Source: Trichosphaerium sp. ATCC 40318 (Eukaryota; Protista; Tubulinea). From it: DNA of 40,634 nt. Positions 30,920 through 40,634 of the stretch are shown in pieces. The notes beneath the pieces are model-generated. The model had not been told where the DNA came from, did not search any database, and worked only from the letters and a program-made list of their open reading frames with translations. Within the stretch, counting starts at the first letter, position 1, and each line of letters opens with the position of its first letter. Both the position numbers and the translations under genes were made by a program. The stretch spans positions 1 to 40,634 of the forward strand of contig JALMLS010000090.1 in the NCBI GenBank assembly GCA_038496445.1, given 5' to 3'.

Positions 30920-32530
30920 TTAAAAGTACTTTGAATTCGTATCACGATAGAGGCTTGGTCCAAATCTACCTGGAGTGACTGGAGCTGAGGGTTTCTCTGG
31001 TGGCAAACGAGGAGCGGTTCCCGTACATTTTTCTATAGCATCAAAGTTAACTCCTTTGAAGAAAGCACGTTTTTTGATTTCGTTATAACTTTGTAATCTC
31101 ATGTCAACATTTCGTTCTAAAAGCTCATCAAGTAATGCAACAAGCTCCCATGGCATAGATCCATTATCAAATTTAGGTATACGAAAATTAACAACCATTT
31201 CAAAACTCTCTCTAGGATTACGACTATAGAATAGACGTTGTGTTGTAAAGAGCTCAAAAAGAACAACACCTAAACACCAATAATCTGCCACTTTGAAACT
31301 TTTGACTTTCCTCGTCAATATCTCAGGTGCTATTATCACGTGTTAAAATGATGAAGTTTTATTACTACTCGAGATAAATTTAACATACCTAGATATTCTA
31401 TTTTACGCTTGGAATAACCCAAGGAGTCCCTAAATAGAGAATAAATTTTATTTCTTTGCAAAAATTTTATAACCTTCATCATGCTCAACATACCTTGGTA
31501 CTGCATTCCATTTGGCAAGCATAACATGTCCATTCTGTTGTATTTTAACACACGAAGGGTTAAAGTAACCACTATAAGAAACACCATGATCATGAAGATG
31601 CTTCAATCCTTATCAACAAAAAATTAGTTCATGAAACAAACATATTTCTTCTTTCTCCTCTTTATCGTACCCACTAATATCTCAGCAGCATAGAACTTAA
31701 ACGCTGAAAACCCCATTTTCCTCTTCCATATGAAGCTCGACAAGTCATAATTTGGTTCATCGAGAATAAGATAAACGCAATTTTCAGCGGAATCTTTGAA
31801 GAAAGTTTGGACCGTCTGTACCAACGGAAACCGTGGTATAATCAATACTTGTGGTGTGCCCCATCTCCTGATAACCAGTTAATACTGTTTACAGTACAAG
31901 CAGTCTTCTGATGGGCTGTATTGGCCAAGCGAACATTTTTCCAATACGTACTTGTGTGGTCGTAGAGAGTATTTAGCAAGGTGATACACTTTACTTCCGC
32001 GTCGTCCATAGAAATAGGCCACCTGTTGCGCGATTTTAGTCTTTTGTTAATTGTTTTGTGCGAAACCGCTAATAATAAGCTTACCTTGCCGTCATCACAG
32101 GCTTGAGTCGCAGCACGCAACTGTAAACGAGTTAACAAATAACAAAATAATGGCTTACTTTGTATCGATTACTCTGTCCTGGTACTTCTCGTTGCTCAGA
32201 GATGCGCTTGGAGCCTCGAAATATTGTAAAATCTTCAATTACCCAATTTCGTCTATTACGATCTAGTGACGTCAGTTAACCATTTACTAACGCTACCGAA
32301 CCTGTGTACATCAATTTCCAGTCGTTTTGGTATGGTTTTGCTAATTTAGCCAATGCTTGTTTATCAGGGCAATATACGCGTTGTATAGCCTTTTTCCATA
32401 CATATCCATCACTTAGAGCAAATTTCCAAGCGGTACACGCTGCAGTGCAGTCCAGAAGCGATTCTGCATTTAAATACGTAAATATATGTCCTAGAACTTC
32501 GTTTGGTAGAGTTTCAATGCCAGTAGTCAT
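30920..32530 (-). CDS. F-box plus AGC-like protein kinase domain (predicted pseudokinase)
   Basis: F-box LPNEVLGHIFTYLNAESLLDCTAACTAWK; kinase FYAAEILVGLKHLHDHGVSYSGYFNPSCV, GHVMLAKWN, EYLAPEIL, ADYWCLGVVLFEL, EIKKRAFFKGVNF. Confidence 0.85.
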
Positions 32531-32762
32531 TGAACCTTATGTGAAATTCAACGCAAAAAAGTACGAGAAAAAAACAGGAAGACAAACATGAACGACTACG
32601 ATTTCACAGCTTGTTCTCAATTAATACCATATGCTGACGTTGTTTTCGAATATTATAGCCAACTATGAGAAACTGAAAACAACACCACGTATGCTGTTTA
32701 AGCGACATTTCTCCGTGCTTAATTTTAAGTGAACTGATTTTTTTGTCACAAAAAGCAAGAAA

Positions 32763-33609
32763 ATGGCGGAAGGAGCTCAAACGTTTAATGACAATAGGTG
32801 GGGCGGCGGTGGAGTACTCATTTTTGCTGTAGATGATAAAGGAAAATATTGGTTTTTACTAGGTTTTAAAACAGTTTTATGGCACCAAAACTAACTACTG
32901 ATAGGCGAAGAGATCCGAGGGGAATGCTTTGACGATTTTGGTGGGAGTAGAGACAAAGGTTCGTGTAAATTTGTTTCAGGAGCTCACATACGCTAGGAGA
33001 GAATCATCCTTCCATTACAGCGGCCAGAGAATTTTATGGTAAATTGTAACTGAAAAATACAATGTGACGTCATTTTAGAGGAGTCAGCAGCTTCCATAAT
33101 GTCACTAGAAGAGATGACTAGCATTATAGCAACTAAACAATACTCACGAGTTGCGTTCCATAAAGTACTACCGAATTCGTTTGCTATGCAATGCTAACGC
33201 GTAGTAAAAGGGATTCCAGCAGTATTGGGTTGAAATTGACTTCGATGAGAAGATGCCCAAAAAATTTTTAAAAGCTAGGGGAGCGGCAACCGATAGGCAC
33301 TTTCAAGAAAAAACGCGTGTGCTATGGGTACAATAAAAGAAAAAATGTTAACTTAATCAAGTCAAACTCTACAATTTAGGTTTCTGCCAGTGATCTCATA
33401 CAAAGGATAAAGGACTTTAAAGGAAGGACGTTCCCCAAAAAAGCAAATGTTACGCTTGAGACAATGGACGGGAAGGACACAACAATCTCGGTTAGGCGAC
33501 ATTTGATGTATATGCTTCAACAAGCAATAAGTGATGGTACGACTTCCTCCTAGCTCTTGTGTTTGTTAACCTTATTCCAGGTTTTGACGGTTTCGCTAAA
33601 GAGCGGTGA
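32763..33609 (+). CDS. Nudix hydrolase, ~6 introns
   Basis: Spliced Nudix box DDFGGSRDKGENHPSITAAREFYEES preceded by GGGVLIF...YWFLLGEE. 3' end uncertain. Confidence 0.8.
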
Positions 33610-33824
33610 GGGATTGGTCTGCTGGATAGAGTCTTTGTCAATCCTGTATGTCTCAAGCCAAACTCCTTGACGCTCAGTAAACACCGCGTAATGCCACATA
33701 GTAGTTTAGAAGTTAGAACTGCCATGATCAAGTTTCGCTGGCATGAGTGTTTTTTTTCGTGTATTTCAACAAAAAGTCTACTGTACTCTTTTATCTTTGT
33801 CTAATTCTTATTAAACACACAACC

Positions 33825-34723
33825 ATGGCGTGAGTTGTTTATAAATTACTTTGTTTGGTTTACTTACTGAGGCTGTAGCGCGCCTGCAAAGACATACAAG
33901 CCAAGAACCGCTTTGGGCGAGATAACTGATAAAAACTTGAAGCAAATGCGTGTATTGAATGCTTCTGTGTTTCCAGTACATTACCACGATAAATTTTACT
34001 CTGACTTGCTCAACACACCAGAATTATCGCGAATGGGTACGTACGACACTACAAAAGTACCGGCGGGAAAAAATTAGCGATTTTTTTTTCGTATTTGTCA
34101 AATGGCGCTTAATTACCATAAACTACACGCAATACGCTTTGCTAGATCATTACTAGACCATATTGTTGACATTCGTTTAGCTTTCTACAATGACATGTTC
34201 GTTGGCGCTGTCTGTTGCCGATATGAGTATTTCGACAAAGAACAAGCGAAACTAAACAAAGAGAAACAAAGCAAATCAAAACGTAAAAATAATGGACCAA
34301 AAGGACCTCTACGCGTATACATCATGACCCTTGGCGTCTTGGGCCCATACCGCCGCCTTGGCCTAGGTAAAGAAAACTTTTTTTTGTCGGACAAGAAAAA
34401 CGCTCAGCAACAAAGTAGTATCCTTATTTAACTCTACTATAGGTAGAAAAATGCTTGCATACGTTTTAGAGTTCGTACAGAAGAAAAAGGCTGAACTGAA
34501 TATTGTTGACATTTACTTGCACGTCCAAATATCTAACGAAGCAGCGATCGCATTCTACAAAAAGTTTGGCTTCGAGATTGTAGGCGAAAAGAAGGAATAC
34601 TACCATGATATTGATCCTCAAACAGCCTACATCTTATCTAAGAAAGTAGCTAAAACAATGCCAAAACTTGCATCTGAAACAAAAGCGGAGGAAGAAGAAA
34701 CAAAACCAGAACTAACAGGTTAG
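33825..34723 (+). CDS. NAA50: N-alpha-acetyltransferase 50 (NatE catalytic subunit), 3 introns
   Basis: LGEITDKNLKQMRVLNASVFPVHYHDKFY, VGAVCCR, YIMTLGVLGPYRRLGLG, IYLHVQISNEAAIAFYKKFGF, YYHDIDP. Confidence 0.92.
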
Positions 34724-35572
34724 ATGGTAAAATAGTACATTCTCGTGGTTTTTGACAGGCAATGTCTCACTGTTTTTTTTTGGTTTTTTTTTTTTGAGTT
34801 TTCTGGCCTTTGCTTTGTTCTTTTCTTTTTTTTTTTGGTATAAATACTGACAATATACGATTAGCGCAAAAGTTGCAAGATATTGACTAGCCTGTAAATT
34901 ACCGTCTAATAAATTTGGTTTGCACGTCATTTTTTGACTTTAAATATTTCTAGTTATCATTTTGTCTGTGTGCAAAGTAAATGAGTGTTGCAGTTTTGGT
35001 TGTGTATTAGTTCTTTTGATTTGAGTCGTACTCCAATGTCAAACATTTGGAAAAATAATTCAAAAAAGGCGTCTAGGAAGGTAAACAAACCAGCATGCCA
35101 TCAAAATTTAACATTTCGTTGTGACTTTTTTACAGCATTTGTTTATTTCGGTCTAACTTCATGTTTTCTATACGATGGGTACTTGTTTATTTGTATTGGC
35201 GAGACTACTGAAGGGCGACTACCTTCTTCATACCTCAAAAAAGCTGAAAAACTGTTTAAGAACTGAACTACGAGCCACAAACATGTGAGCTGGCACTACC
35301 AAGTATGGATTTGTACAAGCAAACTGTACAGGTTGTCAACGCATTAATACCAAAGTTCATGCACAGAAAATATGACCACTGTTAAAGGACAAGCAAGTTT
35401 ATTAACATGGAGTATCACAGTATGCAGTGATGTTTCTGCTTTATGACATACAACAATCCCAATGACCTGCAAAGCCAAACTTGTGGCGGGCAAACAGTTT
35501 AATTTCCTAAAATATTGTTCTGTGTATCTTCTGAGCAGCAAGACTCCTTAGCGTAGAAGACCTATTGGAGTG

Positions 35573-36016
35573 TTACTCACTATAATTGTAACAACATATT
35601 GAAGAAGCTGTACGTACTTTTACTTGCAGATTAGATATCTGTATTGCAGATCGGAAACTACCGTTACACTGTAGTGGAACAGCCGCGGTTGTTACATTGT
35701 TATGCCAAGACCCAGAGACGACTTTATTGCTTAGCTTGATTGGTATCACCGCGAGGTCGTTGAAATCAGGTTTACATAGACGCCATATTTGGTTTTGTAC
35801 ATTATCTATATCTACACAACCGCTTCTAGAAGCCATCCCTTGAAATGTGCAATCTTCATTGTGTTTAAGAAGTTTCAGAAACCCAAAGTCACCTGGTTCA
35901 TCTGATACACTCCAACACATCCTTGGGACGCTACAAGTCCACTTTTGGGAGTTACAAACAATTGCCATTGCTACAACTAGTAGAAGTAATATTGTTGGTT
36001 TGTATGATAGTTGCAT
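35573..36016 (-). CDS. Secreted cysteine-rich protein (147 aa)
   Basis: ATG at 36016 gives signal peptide MQLSYKPTILLLLVVAMAIVCNS; multiple Cys; intronless. Confidence 0.65.
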   Translation of the reverse strand: MQLSYKPTILLLLVVAMAIVCNSQKWTCSVPRMCWSVSDEPGDFGFLKLLKHNEDCTFQGMASRSGCVDIDNVQNQIWRLCKPDFNDLAVIPIKLSNKVVSGSWHNNVTTAAVPLQCNGSFRSAIQISNLQVKVRTASSICCYNYSE

Positions 36017-36576
36017 TGATTGAGAGAAGGTTTGGATAATGTTGGGTCGAAAGTAAAAGCTTTCAGTTTTTGAGAAATTTCCCCAATTTACGAGAAACGT
36101 GCAACACAAATGTTTTACTATAAACCGTTCTTTGTAAAAAGCGTTATAAATGACAGGAAACTCGCACAATTTTACGGAGTTTTTGTGGCAAAGTGGAAAT
36201 GTTTAAGTGGAACCGACATTGGCAGCTTTATCTTTGTAGAAGTACCAGAAGTTTCCAGAAGCCGTGGGCTAGCGGTTTAATTCCCACCCAGATCACAGCT
36301 TCTCTGATTCAAAACCAATCCTGACAAACAGGAATTAGTTTTAAGTATTGATGTAAATACAAAAGAAACTAATACCTACTATCTCGACTCGTACAATGTT
36401 CTTATTTCAGATTTAACAAATACAGAAAATTGTATTTATTTCCTATCACCTGACATTACAGTTACGTGGTTGAGTAAATAATTACGCTAGTACTCTTCTA
36501 TTATATACAAAATACAGTTTCGCTACTTGGTCATCACGTGTGGTACATGTGACTCTACATAGTGCAAGACTAACAA

Positions 36577-37366
36577 TCAACTATCTAAGACTTTTTTACC
36601 ATGACTAAAATTATACGCTATATAAACATCTCCGTCAAAGTCTTCAAAGCCTTTACCATGAAGTTTACCATTATCATAGTTATAATGACACGTGTGCTTA
36701 CCAGTATGTTCGCACCAAGAGTCCATAGAACCATGTAGTACGCCATTACTATAAGTAACAAGTTCGATTACATCTCCTTTATAATTATACTCTTTTTCTT
36801 CTCCATGCTTCTTGCCAAGCTCATAATTGGTTGTTTTAGCCACAAAGCCTTTGATATTCCACCTCGTTTGTTTACCGTGAAGCTTACCGCCGAAAATAGT
36901 AGACGACTCTTGAAGCTGCTTATTAGGGTACCATTGTCGATGAGCGCCTTGTTCTTCGCCATATTTAAACACTTGCATCTCTTTTAGGGAAGGTTCAGAG
37001 CCTTCAACGGATTTCCACTTGTACCAAGTGCCATGCTTCTGTAAGTCTTCGTTAAACCTCGAAACCTCGCAACACGCCGTATCGAGGCATAATAGAGGCC
37101 ATTTTAAGTATACATCACGGTTTTTGAGTAATTTACGCTGTACTAGTATTGGTAGTGCCGCCAGACTAAATTCTATTAGTGAGACAGTTTCAGAGAGTAT
37201 TTAACGGTTTTGTGTTTTTTCAGTTCTATTTGTAGTTCTCATTGCTCTACGGCATTTCTGCGCGTAATAGACGCGATTGTACTTCCTTGTAGATGTATTC
37301 GTTGACGTACACGTTGCCAAAGTCTAAAGGGTCTTGTTGATCGTTATTAATTGTATTTTGGGCCAT
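36577..37366 (-). CDS. MORN-variant (YwqK-like) repeat protein; 5' part needs a weak intron or is disrupted
   Basis: Repeats GKLHGKQTRW, GKKHGEEKEY, GVLHGSMDSW, GKLHGKGFED. Frame is open from ~37200 to 36577; the upstream ATG at 37366 is out of frame unless a GTAGAG...TTTAG intron is removed. Confidence 0.7.
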
Positions 37367-37943
37367 ATCTTGCTATTGATTTGGTTGTTGAGTTGGCCAG
37401 TTATAAATAATGGTGGAGGGTTATGTCAACTTGTCATTAAAATATTTCAATGAAAAGCACATGGTAATTCCGCTTAAACTCCTGGAAAGTTACCGAAGCC
37501 AAATGTAAAATGCGCAGCTAGAAATATGTCTGTGTTGAAGATGGGGATCAGAAGAAGCGAAAATAAATAGAGCATTTTAAATGGTTGAACTGTTATTCAG
37601 GTATACTTTCAGTATGTTTCAGTTTATAGCACTTGGTTTTTTTTCGTATGGTAGTGTCTTGAGAGCAGGCTCTACCCAAAATGAAAAGTGTATGTTCTTA
37701 TTAACTTGTTTTCAGATTGCCGGTGTGGAAATCAATCAAGGCTTTGATGTCGAATAATACAAATAGCAGCAAAAAGCACATGATGTTTTAATGCGGCACT
37801 ATAACCTTCATAATGAAAGCAAGGTTTAACTTAGAAGGTGTTATGAAGTCAACAAACAAGCAGCCAATAGGTACAAGAAAAGTGTAGAAAAGCATATGAT
37901 TTGCTAGATTCATGATTTTACTTTATGCTTTGCTTTTGTATTT

Positions 37944-39493
37944 CTAAAAGTAATCAAATCTAACCTTCCACCCACATGCGTATGCTGTAATTATTATCCT
38001 GTAACAACAATCAAAACAACATGAGTATATAGTAATAACATTAGTGAAGGTCTGCTTAGCATACATTATTAGATTTGGCATCACCAGTGCTACAACCAAT
38101 ACTGGTAAAAATCTTGTATTATCTTTCACACCTTCTAAACTCCAATGAACCTGTACTATGTTGAGTGGATTGTTGCCTAAATTGGAGTAATTGTGTAGTA
38201 TCGAAGCTTGTGTTATGGCTGGAAGTGCGTCTTTGTATGAAACTTGAACACCTTGTGTAAGATTTACTATTAAAAGCTGTGAAAGGTTTGGTTTACCAAT
38301 GCTTGCATTTTGGTTCCATTTTTCAGTACAGTCATCCTCTGGACATTTAATGTTTACTAATGTTTACTCTACTTAGCAATACAATAGAGGTGAAACAGTA
38401 TGTGTATAGGTTTTTACACGTGCCTGTATTACAAACAGCATAGAACGCAACATCATAAAGAAAAGTACCATTGGGCTATTCATGAATAAATATCAAGATA
38501 CCCTTACCCAAAAAACATACATGTAAGAACCCTTCTGAGATGATAGGAGCAACACAATAGTGATTATTGGTTGGATTCCAAGCTGAGAAGTTTGTATCTA
38601 CAAATGTCTTCTCAGTGAACAAGAATACATTACCATGACCGTCGTATAGCTAAAGACATTGTAGTTAAAAAATAAATCACGACCTCATACCTTTTCTGCA
38701 GAAACATTAAAAACTGGCTCTGGTATAAAGTCCTACAGGCTTATTTAATGTTATTTTAAGCAACCTAGGCACATACATAGTACTCGTTGTATAATGCTAT
38801 GCCCAATCCAGCATATATTAATAATCCTCCGAAGAAGAAACCCCAGCCAAAATATTCACGTTTGGGATACCTAAGCATGAATAAAACTATATAGTACATA
38901 CACAAACAGAGCCTGTAAAGGAGAAGGTGGACATGGAAGGAAAAGAGAATGCGTAAAATCGTAGCAAGCTTATCACGTGATTTACATTGATGACAAGACT
39001 GTCACAATTAGCACAAGAACAACTTTTTTGATTAACTTCTTAGTTTTGAACTTACATTTGCCAGTGAAGAGTTAGATACAGTATAAATAACATTCCTGCA
39101 CAAACTGCTCCAATGAAGAATGCCTTGGGTGGTATAAAGATTTTGCTTAGGATAAAGCTAGCGTTTGATAGAATAAGCATCAGCGTGCACTAATTTGTTA
39201 ATTGTAACGAACTGAATAACAATAATGAGCTAACCAGTAAGTGCATCCATGTGTAAGAGTTATCTCCAATCCAAAAAGAAACGAATTTGTATCCGCACAT
39301 TCGATTCTCGCCAAAGGAGCAACGAAAAGTATTGGTATACCAATATCACGTGGGTCAACACCATTAAACAATTCACTTTTGTCAGGTTACCCTCTTGTTC
39401 TATAGACTCTACAAGCTTCAGCGGAAGGTACTTATATGTCTGACTTGAGAGATTATGTTCAAAAGGTACACGTGAAAGTAAAGTAAAAAACAT
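37944..39493 (-). CDS. Multi-pass membrane protein, multi-exon, unknown function; both ends uncertain
   Basis: Hydrophobic exons (AFFIGAVCAGMLFILYLTL; GWGFFFGGLLIYAGLGIAL; FLPVLVVALVMPNLIM) and a loop with HYCVAPI...VAFYAVC, joined by introns. Confidence 0.55.
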
Positions 39494-39546
39494 ATTACAC
39501 TAACATTTAAATACTACAAAGTTGTTTTTTGATGTTTACGACTGTT

Positions 39547-40634
39547 TCATTCACCAGATGACTCATAAACTTTTCTTTCACCCTTAATTGAAACCCATGG
39601 ATCAACAGCACATTCGCTTTTATCATCATATCTGTTGTATTTGAATGAGGTACCAAATATATCCTCATCTTCAATGACGTAATCATATTCACTTCCTTCA
39701 ACAATATTTGGACTGTTCCAACCTTTTCCGACAATATTCGGTTGTCTCATAACAGACTGGCCTAATATTCCTGCAACAACAAGTTAAAACAATCATAAAC
39801 ATTTAATGTGCAAAAGAAGAAAAATATATGAGGTGCATACCGTGAGGAATATCAAAGGTTTCTGAATAGGTAAAATGAGTGCATCTAATATTTAGATGAC
39901 ACGAAGAATGAGAAGATTGTGAGAATCGAATATCGATATCATAACCACTCATGATATTAATAGATACTTTACTGTTTGATAGCTTGGACCTAAATGATAA
40001 AACAGTTAGTAAACCAGGAAGAGAAGAAAAAAATATCGAACCGTTTTATTGTTGCGCCTTGGAATTCCTTTTGTTCTCCTGGTTTTAGTTCTTTGTTGTT
40101 AACTTGTACCACGTGTTCTTGGTTTATTCTATCACACTTAAAGTAGAACAAATTATCTCCCTTAGGGTCACATATACGCATGCCAATGGCGCCAAGATAA
40201 GTCTTCTTTTTTTGAGGGTTTAGATCAGCATCATAGAACAATGAGTTCATTTGAAAAGACTTTGACGTAATGATACTATAATCTCACGTGTCAGATTTTG
40301 AATTAAGTTAATAACATTTCTAGTACTTGTATATTGTGTTTCTAACACCATGAAAGTCGTAACGCTGTCCCAGAAAGCCTCTGAAATGAGGATCTTAAAA
40401 AGTAGTTAAAAATAGAATAGAAGGTTTCAGTTTTGTTTTAGTCTTACCTCCACTTACTGAAGACGGAGGAGGTGGCGGTTGCACTTGAAATGCCGAAGCC
40501 GTTGGTGCTTGACAAAATTGTTGTGTTCCTGCACTAATAAAAAAAATGAGAAAGAGGACATTCAAAGACAAGTATTGTACTTGTTTCCGTTGGCAGTAGA
40601 ACGAAATTGCGTCATTCTGTTTTGATTTGTTATT
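39547..40634 (-). CDS. Extracellular protein with a VWD-like (GDPHF-type) C-terminal domain, 5' end outside the window
   Basis: Pro-rich linker QPPPPPSSVSG then DPHFRGFLGQRYDFHG...YNIITSKSFQMNSLF...TYLGAIG...LGQSV...IVEGSEYDY; stop at 39547. Confidence 0.7.

Noticed and set aside
1-40634. Stop-codon reassignment as the cause of fragmented ORFs
   Set aside because: Conserved genes (ThrRS, NAA50, ARF, transposase) splice into stop-free frames and end in TAA, TAG or TGA, so introns explain the fragmentation.
1-40634. tRNA, rRNA or CRISPR arrays
   Set aside because: No cloverleaf with T-loop/D-loop consensus, no rRNA-like segment and no repeat-spacer array seen by eye.

Overview
AT-rich, gene-dense eukaryotic (probably protist) DNA read with the standard genetic code. 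Most genes are split by many short (~35-250 nt) spliceosomal introns, which explains the fragmented ORF track. Two apparently young, complete mobile elements dominate. (1) A 2.5-kb hAT DNA transposon (6523-9030) has perfect 24-bp TIRs, an 8-bp TSD and an intact 8-intron transposase, and seems to interrupt a host ORF. (2) A 6.95-kb full-length non-LTR retrotransposon (12077-19030, minus strand) has a 15-bp TSD, a (CAA)n tail, an RRM ORF1 and an APE-RT-RNase H-zinc-finger ORF2. It sits in the ~0.2-kb divergent promoter between a mitochondrial ThrRS gene and a SAM-phosphatase gene. Its 5' and 3' ends are mutually complementary and its 3' UTR carries short matches to its own target site. Host genes include an LRR array, a catalytically dead eIF4A-like helicase, four F-box proteins (one fused to SPRY, one to an AGC-like pseudokinase), an ARF-family GTPase with a degenerate G3 motif, a Nudix hydrolase, NAA50, a MORN-repeat protein, several secreted Cys-rich proteins and a VWD-like protein. 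At least five introns appear to use GC donors. Gene models were spliced by eye and need transcript confirmation.
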